A stretch of 64,000 bases of DNA from Octopus vulgaris (Eukaryota), in NCBI GenBank assembly GCA_951406725.2, contig OX597828.1, positions 7,812,001-7,876,000 of the forward strand. Reading direction: 5' to 3'. Of this stretch, positions 26,894 through 40,750 are shown piece after piece. How positions within the stretch are numbered: position 1 is the stretch's first letter; each line of letters starts with the position of its first letter. A program made the position numbers and the translations under genes. The notes under the pieces were generated by a model, which saw only the letters and a program-made list of their open reading frames with translations, had not been told where the DNA came from and did not search any database.

Positions 26894-27318
26894 TAGGCGT
26901 AGGAGTGGCTGTGTGGTAAGTAGCTTGCTTACGAACCACATGGTTCCGGGTTCAGTCCTACTGCGTGGCACCTTGGGCAAGTGTCTTCTACTATAGCCTC
27001 GGGCCGACCAAAGCCTTGTGAGTGGATTTGGTAGACGGAAACTGAAAGAAGCCCGTCGTATATATGTATATATATATATATGTATGTGTGTGTATATGTT
27101 TGTGTGTCTGTGTTTGTCTCCCCAACATCGCTTGACAACCGATGCTGGTGTGTTTACGTCACCGTAACTTAGCGGTTCGGCAAAAGAGACCGATAGAATA
27201 AGTACTAGGCTTACAAAGAATAAGTCGTGGGGTCGATTTGCTCGACTAACGGCGGTGCTCCAGCATGGCCACAGTCAAATGACTGAAACAAATAAAAGAA
27301 TAAAAGAATAAAAGAATA
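26894..27318 (+). mobile_element. SINE family A, full-length young copy (CORE-SINE-like)
   Basis: Box A/B-like head (gtggctgtgtggtaag; gggttcagtcc), core gtggcaccttgggcaagtgtctt, (TAAAAGAA)n tail. Confidence 0.95.
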
Positions 27319-28089
27319 TATATATATATATATTACGAAAAGTTATAGAGGTTTGATGATTTGTACTCGGTCAGGAAGCAGGATTTGGAAGCTGTTATTT
27401 TGTGCATGATGTGTTTCAATATGAAACTGTAGCTAAATCAACTTCTGCTTGGCGCACGGCATAAAACCCCTGATAACTTTTTTATTTTATTTTTTGGAAT
27501 TTACAGAAACGTTTTGCGAATTTGTGTCCTCTCGGATATTTATACGATTATGCCAAAGAAAAGAGGGTGTCGTAATTTAAGGCTCATTTGGTTGTTAATT
27601 TTTGCACATCTCTCGACTACAGTACAAGCAGCTGATGGGTGCAAGCAGCAGAACACAACATCGTCGCACATGCTTTCGTTTAGAATATATTTGTCAACAC
27701 GTGCTATCTCACAGACAAAAAAGTTTGGCTTGTCACAATGGAAACAGGCATGTGGCCTACGATTGGCTAAAATTAACTAAAATTTGTAAACTTTAAAAGC
27801 TAATAACTACTTTTTATTTTACTGACTTATGACGAAAATGAATTACGTGGCAGTGATTACCATATAAAACTACATCATTGCACTGATTATGAGATCGATT
27901 CGAACTGAAATTGAAATTGAAAATTAGCAGCCAAACTGAAATGATACCCAAGCTGTAAAAAATAGAAACGACGGTATTGTTTGGAAAAGTTTTTAAATGC
28001 GCGCGCACGTGTGTATGTTTGTGTGTGTGAGTGTGTGTATGTCTCTGTGTGTGTATATGTGCATGTGTCTGTGTGTCTTTTTATGCGTA

Positions 28090-28830
28090 TGCCTGTCAAG
28101 ATGAGTGTTTGTTGTTTGCGGTTTAAGTGAATATTTGGAGTTACTTTAGAAACAGTGATGAGAGCGTTATCAGTAATAATATCCTGTGGTAATCTGGGTT
28201 GGTTTTGTCGGAGAAAGTTCAATAATTTCTCATGTTTTTCACACGTTTAATTTTGGTAGATTTTTCTTTTCTAAAATCTAGCTCCATTGCCTTTTGGGGA
28301 TTCTCTTGGGCATTTGTATAAAAAGATTTTGATTCTGCTGTTCGCGCATATTTCCAGATGTTTGCTCCGCGGAATCTGAGTAATTCTTTTTGTAGGATGT
28401 GATGCCTATGGTTTCTTGCACGTTGGCATAGGGGATTGTTGGTTTTGCTAATATATTTCTGTTTCCAATTGGGGAAGGTTATGCAATTCTGTGTCTGCAT
28501 TTATTTGGAATGTGAATTCCCTTTTGAATTTTATATGGGAATTAGTATCCAAATGTTGGAAGGTAGTGTTGTTCCACATCTATTTTCTTCTTCACGAAGC
28601 AATCCGAATTATCCTCTGATGAATTTTACTCTTGTGAGATGCTTTTTAAGATCTTTTATTGATATTTGCTATTTCTTAGCAGATTTTGGTCAACTATATT
28701 TTTCATTTTGAGGCTTTTTATAGTATGGAATATGTTGGTCACTCTTGGGTTATGTATGTTGATAAATGAATAAGTATCTTTTCAGTTTCTTTTTAGCTAT
28801 TCTCAGTTGTCTTTAATTCAAATCCTTTTA
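28090..28830 (-). mobile_element. Decayed Penelope-like element, GIY-YIG endonuclease region
   Basis: CITFPNWKQKYISKTNNPLCQRARNHRHHI..QIP.SKHLEIC, with upstream KHLTRVKF, fits the PLE CxxC-YIGxT-R-H motif. Confidence 0.72.
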
Positions 28831-29964
28831 CAATTTCAATGTTAATTAATTTTAGTGGGTAATTCTGTTATTTTAAATAACCTATAAGTTCGTTAAGTCG
28901 AATTTAACGTATGTTTGAATCGATCACAATTGCACAGATACGTCTTGCCATACTCTATGGAATGTTTCGTTCAATTATTGGCATGTGACTGTTTTTTGTA
29001 ATATATATCCGTTTTTTCGTGAATATCTTAAAACGGTAAGTCATTATGACTGGTTTCTGTTCTGAATTTGATAGACGGTGAAAGGTGTTTAGAATGATGT
29101 TGAATATTTGTAGATCATCATTTGATTTCTACCCTTAAATCCTTCTGGAGGAAGCGTTTCCAATTTTCAATGATTTATTTCTTGGAATTGTGGTTGAAGT
29201 ATTCTGTACTTTCTCGTTTATTTTTTCTTCAAAAAGAATCCTATCAACAGTGACTGAGATAAGTAACATATAAAAGATAAAAGATAATAAAAAAAGAAAT
29301 GAAAACCCGTAAAGTTCTCGATATAAGGGCAATCCGTACAAAAAATATAGAAACACGAAGGCAGAGCGCAACTGAGATTGTTACGCAATATTTAACGTAC
29401 TATACAAAAACGGAAAAGATGCAAAACTTCCAGACAGGTATGCTAGTAACATGAATGAAAAAAATGAATGAAAAAATAAATACATAAATTACCCGACAAA
29501 CAAATTCCACAAGCTTCAGGATGGACACACATTATAGTGGGAAAATCGCTCACTAGAAAACTCCTCCAGAAAAAAGGAAATAATACCGAGGAAGGATTGA
29601 AAAAGGTTAATTTGGTTTTAGATGCAGTAGCAGCCCACAGAGCATACCATTTCCATAGTCACATGAAAAATCGAAACATGAAGTGCCCTCCTAATTCAAT
29701 TCCAACAGATTTGAAAACATGACTTCGAGACGATCTGACGTAAAACTCAATGGAAGATAACGGTAGCAATAGGTTGTAGACTCAAACACTTAACAAGCTC
29801 ACACACACACATGTATACGTATATATGAATATACATATATATACAAATATATATATATATATATATATAAATATACACACATATATAAATACACATTGAT
29901 ACATATATATACACACACATACACCCATATAAAAACATACACATACAGAGACACACATATGTAT

Positions 29965-30210
29965 AGTTCAAATTTACAGAAAACAAAAGACGAAGACATG
30001 TGTTGGAATAGCAAGCAGGTTTATCAGTTTAACGCTTGGGAAAAATGAAAAAAAATTTTATTTTTCGAGCCTACGCTCTTCGACATAAAGGATTAAGGGA
30101 GAAAAATGAGGAGAGAATGAAAAAAAAAAAAACGGAGAGAAATAAAAAGTGCATAGTTCCACGGTCCGACATGGCGATTGACTGGAAAAAAGAGGTTGAA
30201 TGAAAGGGAG
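29965..30210 (-). mobile_element. Dispersed repeat family H3 (Penelope-like), degenerate hammerhead-like motif
   Basis: Reverse complement gaagagcgtaggctcgaaa...cgttaaact...ttcgtcttttgtttt matches 55455-55565. Confidence 0.65.
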
Positions 30211-30221
30211 ATGATGATGAA

Positions 30222-30287
<66 letters not shown>

Positions 30288-30451
30288 GGTAAAGATAATG
30301 GTGACCTCAACAAATGAATGTGCGCAAGGATGTGTGTATATGTAAGCTTGGTGTGTGCGAGTGTGTATGTGTGAAGAGAGTGTGTCAGTCTAACTTGTGT
30401 GTGTGTGTATGTGTAAGTGTTGTGTGTAACAGCTGATAAGTCCTTGTTCAG

Positions 30452-30512
<61 letters not shown>

Positions 30513-30761
30513 ATACATATATATGTGTATGTCTGTATACCTATTTGTATATATAAATCTAAATAGGTATAAGGGGACGAGTGTGTGTGTGTGTGTTTGT
30601 GTGTGCGCACGTGCGCGTGCCTGTGTCATGTGCTCACGTACACGAATGTATAATTTTTTTCTATCGGAAATCAAACTATTCGGATTCGAAAATTATAAAT
30701 TTTGTATTGGTGAAATATATTTTCATATTATCTCCCGGAAAAGACAAATAATACATACATG

Positions 30762-30878
<117 letters not shown>

Positions 30879-31991
30879 AGGTATATGTTAATATATATAT
30901 ATATACATATACAAAAATGCGTAAATATATATATTCGTATTTTTGTATGTCTGTATATATATATATATATACAGACACACACATAAATGTATTAATACAT
31001 ATATATAATATATATTATATGACGTATATATAGAGAAATCTTTCCCCAAAGTGATGTGTATATTTGCAAAAATTTCTGATAAAATACTTACATATACGAA
31101 AATTAATAAGAACTTATTTCCCTTCAGGGCTAACTGAGAGAGATGAGCAAGCTGGTAAAATTGCATTAAGCAATCCAAGAGACCTGTCTGTTTACGAAAT
31201 GATATCATTTCCCGTCGATAAATATGATTTGGTCGTCAAACATTATTCATCATTTTACAAGAATTTCGTGGTATATTATTCGACTTTGGCAAGTCTCTTG
31301 CTGGGTGTTTACACATGGAATTATGACAGACGAAACAACCTGCTGAAGGCATTGGTTTTGGTTCCTATCTTATTCTTTCTTTCTTTTTTCTTTTTTTTTT
31401 TTTGATGAGTATAGTTCTTCAAATTTTTCACACATAGTAATGCATTGCACTGATAGAAGCAGATTTACATACTTATGTGCGTGTATTAATGTATTACGCG
31501 CACAAGCGTATTCACGTTTAGGTATTTACTATGCACGCACACACAAACACACGCACGCACTCACACATATTCCTTACTTCATGCAAATTGGTACATTCAC
31601 ACTCATATATACATGAATACGTAACCTGGTTGGATAAGAATCATATATGGTCATATACACACACGTGCATATCTATCTACCCATGTATTTGTTTTCCTCT
31701 CTATCTTGCTCTGTTTGTGTGAGTGTGTGTTTATATATTAATATATATACACATAGACACACACACAAATCACATGGTTTTAACATAAGAGTTGGTATTT
31801 GTGGAAACGCACGTAGCGATGTATTAAATATTCATAAATTCCATTCTAAGATTATTGTTATTATTATATTTATCCTACAGTATATCGGTATAATCCAGGA
31901 CTTACTAGTCGGTATCATTAGACAGTAGCCGGCTGAATGAAATAGAAGTTTTACTTGCATACCTATAACGTTATCATAAACAAATTTAAAA

Positions 31992-32052
<61 letters not shown>

Positions 32053-33120
32053 ATACCCATACTCACACATGCACATATATGTATATCCACTCATATAACA
32101 CGATCAGGTTGTGTTATATCGAGAACATGGGCGGTAATCAAAGTATGACTCCACTAAGATTGCAGAGGGTTTACAGGCTATTCCCGCTGGAAAGCCTACA
32201 TTATGCCATGCATTCCAACAGCTTTCAAGTTGGCTATGGTAGCGGCAAAGCTTGTTTCGGATGTAGCTATGGATTGAGAGGAGCGCGGTTTGGAAGTAAT
32301 AGTTCTAATCTCAGTTAAATGTTGAGGTTGATGAATCATGGCTGTTGAAAGGGTCTGTTGATAAAAACGAAACACAATCATTTAATGAAATAACCTCCCC
32401 CCGGCACACTACTGATAATGTGTTTAAGTTCATCGCAAGATGATGTATATAATATATTTTTGATATACTATAAACCTGAGGTGAGCCAAAAATAAGCGAA
32501 AACGCATTCGATTTTCTATTGTATATTTCCACCCACATTTTTGATATGACCAACCTTCACTCAAGAGCTAGTAAGACTTGGTAACATGTATCTCGCAGTT
32601 TTGGGTGTTTGTGCAGTTTCAAATAGATATAGACATTCTTTCTTCACTCAGTGAATCATCCAAATAGTGAAAGGGTTGCACCGACAGCCTGTTGGCTCTT
32701 TCCCACGTGCTAGATCTCAGCAAACTGAAATTAAGTTTTCTGCATTAGGACATATCGTGCCGTCACGACGTCATGACTTTGAGATGAGGGCCCTAAACAC
32801 CAATCCACGTGTCATCACATGGAGTTGTAAATCATTGATTTTACGATGTTCATACCTCCTAGTATTATCTATAAGTATAATTTTATGTTGATTTGTGCCT
32901 GCAGTTAATATTGGAGATAGTCGTTAGATAAGAAGGGGGTCATTGGTAGCTGAATTACTAAGGTTTTGGAAAATTGTGCCTTGAGTGCTCTCTTTAGATC
33001 AAAATTATGTCGTCAGGAGGCTATACTGAGCCATTATTGATACAATAAGGTGACAAGGTGTGGTGCGAAAGAGGTAGGTACGTACATATATGTATGTATA
33101 TATGCATATATTTATTTATT

Positions 33121-33175
<55 letters not shown>

Positions 33176-33247
33176 TATGTATATTACATGTATATATTAT
33201 ATATATATATATAGATACACACATAATATAGACATATATAATATACA

Positions 33248-33296
<49 letters not shown>

Positions 33297-33829
33297 GCAC
33301 GCACCCCCCACACACATATGTATACAAAAAGATAATCAGTTACTGCAGAACAAGCGAACCACAGATTTTTACTACTTAGATGTGAAAATGAGATTGCAAA
33401 AGCCTAAACATGGTAGCTTAACGAATTTAGGAACGTTTCTGTTCCTAAATTATTTCTTATTTCATAAGATAATGTGAAAAGTCCTTAATAAAAAAGATCA
33501 AACGAAAACATATTGGTTTTAATATTTTAATATAGTAATATATTTATATGCGCATACACTGACACACACACACATATATGTGTATATATATAAGCATACA
33601 CATACATATATCAATAACATAAATCTGTCTATTTTATAGTAACCACATACCTACTTATTCATGTGTGTAAGCGTGTGTGTGTGTGCGTGTGTGTGTGTAT
33701 GTGTTTGTGTGTGTGTGTATGCGCGCTTGTGCTTTTACCATATTTTTCTCCAAGTTTTATAGTCAAACACACGAAAAATTAACACTGATTGGTATATTTG
33801 GATCACTTATGCAGAGGGTATGGAATAAT

Positions 33830-34043
33830 ACTTTCTATTAAAGGCAAAAGGCCGGAATCTTTTAGGAAGGGTCTAGTCGATTATATCGACCCCAGTGCGT
33901 AACTGGTACTTATTTCATCGATCCCGAAAAGATGAAAGGAAAAGTCGACCTCGGTGGAATTTGAACTCAGAACGTAGTGGCAGATAAAATACTGCTAATC
34001 ATTTCGCACGGCGTACTGACGATTCTGCGATCTCACCGCCTTG
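33830..34043 (-). mobile_element. SINE family B
   Basis: tcgaccccagtgcgtaactggtactta...aaagtcgacctcggtggaatttgaactcagaacg...tcaccgcctt. Confidence 0.9.
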
Positions 34044-35370
34044 AGGGTATGGCATAATTAAAACTCATTGCACGCTCTTCTCATGGGAGCTACTTCTTGG
34101 TTCTTTGATATGTTAGAAATAGCAACTAGATCTTTCAAAACTTATAAAACAGCGCTAAACAATATTTTCTGCTGTTTACCATGATTTTGACCATAATAAA
34201 GCCAACTGACTTCACTTGGCATCTATAAATATCATCGTAAATTGTTTCTAATTCATAATTTTCCTTTCTTTCAATTAGTCTTAATCAACTGTCGCTGCTG
34301 AATTGGTTTTACCCGTCGAAACATATATCTGCCGCAAGATATGAAACGTAATTCAGTGTTTGGGCCTTATGAGGACAGGAAAACATTTTCAGTAGTTAAG
34401 CGATATTAGAAACAAGGTTTCACCCTACATAAATACACAGATTAATTTTGTTATGCCACAAAAGAACTTTCTCAGGTACTTACACCAAGAGTTCATTTTT
34501 AAATCGATTGCTTATTCTTCTTACATTTTTTAGAACTATAATTACAATAGTAAATTGAAAATTTATTTTTTAAAGTTTAAGGTATTGTTTGATTTCTGTT
34601 TGTAATTGAATTTGCACTTCGTTTAACTTAGAGCAAGCTTCGTAATTTTCCGGTTCCACTGCAGATAGTCATGGAGCATAAACGTGGCATCTATAAATAT
34701 GTCGTAACAGTTTGTTTTCAATTCATTCATTGCGTTTAATCTGATGAAACTTCGATCTAATTTTTATTATAGATATTGATTTATCTCATTTTGACGGTAG
34801 TTCAGAACATAATTCCTACGGTAGTTTTGGACTTAAATAAAAAAGGAAAGTATTTTGAACGATTAAACGATGTGACTGAAGGGCTTTCATCATTCCCTCC
34901 ACATTTATACACAACACACACACACACATACACACACACACAGCTGAAATCACGATACTGCTCGTATTTTTCTAAATACGGCCTTCCCATAATCCATACG
35001 AATTCAATGCAATTTGATAGGAATAATAAACTTTGAAGCTTGTACTGAACGGACAGTGTTGCGCCGGTAGGGTTCTGAATTCAAATCTCGCCATGGTCTA
35101 TTTGAAGGATAAAGACACCAAATGCTCCAGGTGGTAGGATTAAACGCCACCATCAAGAACATTTCGCAGAGTCCTCTCAAATGCAAACACTCAAGTCGCA
35201 TGGTCCTTTTCCAGAGCAGTACCCCTAACATTAGAAACTACCACGTGGCTTTTTAAAGGTTCGCAGGTAGTGCTTTTCTTTCCTGGCTCGGTAATAACAA
35301 TAATCGCTTCACAAACATTGCTTCTCTTCAAAGTTATTTCATTAATCCCGTGGCTGGTCAAGTTTCATAA

Positions 35371-36046
35371 TAGGCGCTGGAGTGGCTGTGTGGAAAGAAG
35401 CTTGCTTCCCAACCACATGGTTCCGGGTTCAGTCCAACTGCATGGCACCTTGCGCAAGTGTCTTCTACTTCAGCTTCGGGCCGATGAAAGCCTTGTTGGT
35501 GGATTTGATAGATTTGATATTTATGTGAAGGCGCATGGTTTAGTGGTTAGGTTGTTGCACTCACGATTGCGAGATCGTGGGTTCGATTCTCAGACCGGGC
35601 GTTGTATCCTTGAGCAAAGCACTTCATTTCATGTTCCTCTGCGATCATTTCGACATCTGACATGTGGCACCCGTTACACTTTTACATGTAACGTCGATTT
35701 GATGGAGAGAGTGACCTTATGTGTACACAAATATTTGATCACTATAAACAAATCATCTGTGTGATTGTTCGGTAAGAAATTGTCCAATGACGGGTGAGTC
35801 CATCACATATATATATTTACGTGTGTGTGTTTGTGTCTCTGTTTGTGTCCCCACCCAACCATCGCTTGAAATCTGATGTGGGTGTTTCATGTCCCCGTAA
35901 ATAAGCGGTTCGACAAAAGACACCGATAGAATAAGTACTAGGCTTACAAAGAATAAGTTCTAGGGTCGATTTCTTCGACTAAAACCCTTTAAGTCAGCGC
36001 TCCAGAATGGCTGAAGTTACATGATTGAAGAATGTAAAAGAATAAA
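35371..36046 (+). mobile_element. SINE family A interrupted by another SINE
   Basis: 5' half at 35371-35515; 3' half at ~35790-36046. Confidence 0.88.
35528..35785 (+). mobile_element. Nested tRNA-derived CORE-like SINE (distinct family)
   Basis: Box A tggtttagtggttagg, box B gggttcgattct, core-like gtatccttgagcaaagcactt. Confidence 0.75.
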
Positions 36047-36931
36047 TATAGTCTTTCACCTTCCGAAGTCTCAGGAAACACCAGCACAACTTGGTAATCC
36101 CCAGTAAATCCTAGAAAACTGTGAGAACTCCGTGAAAAATGTGGCAACCCTCAGAATACGCGCATTGATAATATAGAAAACACTACAACATCTATTTTAA
36201 AATATAAACATAAAATATAACAGTTACAGCATTCAAAAAATAACAGAAACAACTCGAACAACAAAAACAAGAATATTAACTACACTACTAAACTAACTGG
36301 AACAACAAAAGATGAAGTAAAAAGAACACGAACAAAAACAATATTAACAACAACAAGAGCAACAAAAGACTAACAACAAAAACAGTTACAACAATAAGAC
36401 GTAATATAAAGGGTAGTTGTAAGTTTTATATAGATGTTGTGGCAATTTCCTTTAATTAACCAAAGTTGATAAAAACAAAAACGGAACAATATAAAAAGAA
36501 ACATTTATAGAAAGACAAAATAAAGCAACAACAACAACAACAACAACAACAGCAGCAGCAAAAACAAATGAAACACAAAGATGAAATACATAAATGTTGC
36601 ATCAGGAGAGGAAGTAAAAATACCATAAATAACCGAATATTGTGAGAATATAGAAAAATAACAACAGCGACAATAACAATAATAAGAACAACAAGAATGA
36701 AAATATTAAAACGGAAATTAAAACAACAATGCTTCATGTTTTATAAAGGAAAATAATAAGAAAAGCAGAATAAAATATAAAACTGCAATGTTACATTAAC
36801 ACTAGAGTAAGTAAGTAAATAAAATATAAAATATATGAATATAGAAGCAGTATTGCGCATTTGGAACGGTGCAATTGATTTATATTATAGTGTCTATGCA
36901 AAGTGTAAAGTTCCGTATACGCACAGATATA

Positions 36932-36982
<51 letters not shown>

Positions 36983-37001
36983 GGAACAACAAAAGATGAA
37001 G

Positions 37002-37032
<31 letters not shown>

Positions 37033-37267
37033 ATATATATATATGTATATATATGTGGGTATATATATATATATATATATATACATATACACACTTCTCA
37101 TATTCAGATATAGTTACAAATAGATAACTTATAATATATGCACATACATGCATGCAAATATGCATACCTAGGTACACACACACATGCACACACTTATATA
37201 TATATACACGCATACATATATATACGTACTCACATACACATATACAAATGTAAGAGTGTGTACGTGC

Positions 37268-37335
<68 letters not shown>

Positions 37336-37503
37336 TTAAATAATAATATATACTGTATATATATATACAAATATAAATAAGCATATATATATATAGTTAT
37401 ATTATTTTATATATTTTATATATATATGTATATGTGTGTAAATGTGCACGTGAGTATATATGTATATATAGACGAATATGTAAATAACTTTATATACGTA
37501 GAA

Positions 37504-37561
<58 letters not shown>

Positions 37562-37769
37562 CACACATACGTACATACGTATACATTCATGTAAACAATC
37601 TGTCTCTGCATCTAACATGGAGGCATGTATGCATTATGTATGTATGCATTATGTATGTATGTTTGTACTTATGGGTGTATGCGGATGAAATAAGCAACGG
37701 AGTTGCTCTACCCTACGTAGGAACTGCAAGAGCAATTTCTCAGTTGCCAGGACAACCAATGTCGATAGC

Positions 37770-38105
37770 ACTTCTATATTACCAGCAGTTATCTTAGGGT
37801 CATAAACATTTCGCCTATTAGCCTGTACATCTCACCTGAGTGGCTAGCTTGCATCGAATAAGACTTCACCTGCATAAGATTTCCAGTTGTGTTCGCTTGT
37901 GTCCCTGAGTCGCCTTGAGCATTTATAAGCTGCTAGCCTCTATCTCTTTCATGGCTTTCTTCAATTACTTGCTGTCGAAACCAATCTTCTGCAGGAAATA
38001 GCGCACCGAAATTGCTTGAAGGTCTTTGCAGCCGACTTCTATCACGAATGATGCCACGTTACATTCTTTGACAAACTCCTAGTACCTGTTTTTCTTCAGC
38101 TGATG
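37770..38105 (-). mobile_element. 3' fragment of an RLE-type LINE (HERO/NeSL-like)
   Basis: QLKKNRY*EFVKEC...IEVGCK...SVRYFLQKIG...KAMKEIE resembles the K..Y..L...C..IEVGCRG motif. Confidence 0.65.
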
Positions 38106-38177
38106 AAAGTTTTTAAAGTTTATTCACGAATAGTATTTTTCTGTTCCTGAGAAGTAGGAACATGAATGTATGTATAC

Positions 38178-38208
38178 CTATCTATCTGTCTGTCTGTCTA
38201 TCTGTCTG

Positions 38209-38288
<80 letters not shown>

Positions 38289-38297
38289 CCTATCTAC

Positions 38298-38373
<76 letters not shown>
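38178..38373. repeat. (TCTA/TCTG)n microsatellite
   Basis: Directly visible. Confidence 0.98.
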
Positions 38374-38444
38374 TTCTCTCTTTCTCTCTCAATGTATGTA
38401 TGTATCTCTGTATATATATGTACGTTTGTGTAGACTCATACATA

Positions 38445-38480
<36 letters not shown>

Positions 38481-38733
38481 CATGCATACATACATGCATA
38501 TGCATGCATACATGTAATATAAATACATAGTTTCAATACATTTTGCATTTTAGAAAATTCATATATCCACGTACCATAGGTAGAGATGAGAAGAAGCACA
38601 TTCCTACGCATCTGATCAAATATCAGAATATTTGATGCTGAATATTTTCGTATTTCATTTTTTATTAGCGTTACTACTGTGTTTGTGTTCTCCTGCATAC
38701 ATGACATTAAAAAATTGTTCTCTGAATCAATCT

Positions 38734-39475
38734 GTACAGATATGCAAACGGAAACGAGTGTAAATCTATGGAAAATAACGTAATCGGCATGGAGAGTGTC
38801 TTAAACAACTTGGTGGTGAGTTGGACATCACCACTGAAATCTGGACGTCATGTTGACTCTTTTGAACAGTTCAGTCTTTGAATAATTTCCTGGTTTAACT
38901 TTTCAGTAGTTTTTTGCTGGATTCTCTTTCTTGTTTGGAAGATTTAAAAATGAAAGACAAATTCATTGCAGCACAAAATGAGATCCCATTTCAACACACA
39001 GTTGAAATCATGATAATGCTCGTATCTTTCTAAATACGGCCTTCCCATAATCCATACGAATTCAATGCAATTTGATAGGAATAATAAACTTTGAAGCTTG
39101 TACTGAATGGACAGTGTTGCTAGAGCGCCGGTCGGGTTCTGAATTCAAATCTCGCCAGGGTCTATTTGAGGGATAAAGACACCAAAATGCTCCAGGTTGT
39201 AGGATTTCAAGTGTTAGTACAGATATGCAAACGGAAATGACTGAAAATCTATGGAAAATAACGTAATCGGCATGGAGAGTGTCTTAAACAACTTGGTGGT
39301 GAGTTGGACATCACCACTGAAATCTGGACGTCATGTTGACTCGTTTGAACAGTTCAGTCTTCGAATTATTTCCTGGCTTAACTTTTCAGTAGTTTTTTGC
39401 TGGATTCTTTTTCTTGTTTGGAAGATTTAAAAATGAAAGACAAATTCATTGCAGCACAAAATGAGATCCCATTTC
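38734..39475. repeat. ~260-bp direct duplication (38734-38992 / 39217-39475) enclosing a copy of 34934-35141
   Basis: Near-identical gtacagatatgcaaacggaaa...atgagatcccatttc blocks; the middle matches ggccttcccataatccatacgaattcaatgc at 34980. Confidence 0.93.
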
Positions 39476-40750
39476 CTTCCCGATCCGTGTGTCGTTTGAA
39501 TATTCTTTGTATATTTTGTAGAAGGGGAATCTGTAATGAAACATCGAAAGCGTTTAGTTGGACGATCTTCCGATTCTGTCTGTTCATTGCCCTTATAAAT
39601 GGTAAGGATGTCTAAACATACACAATGAGAATTTTTTAAAAGGATGGAGAGAGAGGGTTATAGAGACCACACCCAGATACTTGATTGTATCTACTGACCC
39701 GGAAAAGACGAAAGGTAAAGCCGGCATTTTTAAAAGCAAGATTCAAAACTAAATACCGCAAGGAATTTTGCTGAAGCTCCAATAATTCAGTTAGCCTGTC
39801 AACTAAAATAGCAATAATAAGAACAAGAACAACAGCAACGACGACGACGACGACGACGACGACAACAACATCAACAACGATATTTTTATTAACCTCAAAA
39901 TTTCGAAGAGATGCAGAAATGTATGTTAACATCAAACAGGACTTTCAAAGACGTGGGAGATAGTGCGGAAACGATAGACATAAACAGAGCTGAAAGACGT
40001 TATACCATACTTAACTGAACGAATTATTAATTAATAACATACAAGATTTAAGACGAAAATAAATATAAAATGTATGATAAAACACACAATGACTAAAACA
40101 AGATATTTACATGAAATTTAAATCCATACTTGCGTTGAACGAGGTATTCCACTTCCGTGATAAAACTGTTGTTTGTTTCTCTTTCGCATTATTCAGGCTT
40201 CCATGTTTTCTAGATTGTTGAAATATCATACTTCATAAAGTCTATCTGAAATCTAAATTAATATGAAGTCGTTTTTGTGGAGCTCGAAATGAGATCCTAT
40301 TTCCTTCCCGATGCGAATGTCGGTTTGGTATTCTTCGTGTATATTGTAGAAGGGTTATAACAGAGCATTCTATTAGCTCCTTCAAACAGCTGTGAACACC
40401 ATTTCATTCAGTTCGAAGAATAATTCCCACTCGGAAGTCGCTGGTTCTCCTTCATAAGAAAGGGATTCATCCGCAGTAGACGCCGTACCTTCTTTGCATG
40501 AAGTATACACCACGTGCATTAATTTTTACCTTTTCCTCCTTTGTGTCTTATATTTGAGCTGGTATTACTGCGAATGAGGGGCTGGTTCCTGATCATTTCG
40601 TGTTAGTTGTTGTTGCATTGTGTTGCATTGCATTGATTCTGGTTGCAAGTGAGGGCTTCTGGATTTCATGCCTTATTCTTATTGATGAAGTTGGGATAGT
40701 TTCGTTTGGTGACTCATGAGTTGTGCCTGAAGGTGCACTGGGACCGACAA
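39430..40750 (-). pseudogene. Two paralogous decayed coding-like blocks of unknown protein (strand uncertain)
   Basis: PFYKIYKEYSNDTRIGKEMGSHFVL vs PFYNIHEEYQTDIRIGKEIGSHFEL, with several third-position changes; acceptor-like sites near 39617 and 40751; many stops. Confidence 0.35.
39660..39800 (-). mobile_element. SINE family B, degenerate
   Basis: tgacccggaaaagacgaaaggtaaag...aaataccgcaagg. Confidence 0.55.

Noticed and set aside
27330-27995. ORF 27514-27780 resembling a signal-peptide protein
   Set aside because: No homology or splice support; more likely non-coding transposon-derived sequence
29135-29256. Minus-strand terminal exon (TVDRILFEEKINEKVQ...) after an acceptor-like ctcag
   Set aside because: Short, no recognisable family and no partner exons
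35528-35600. tRNA-like sequence
   Set aside because: No closed acceptor stem or terminator; it continues into a SINE core, so it is a SINE head
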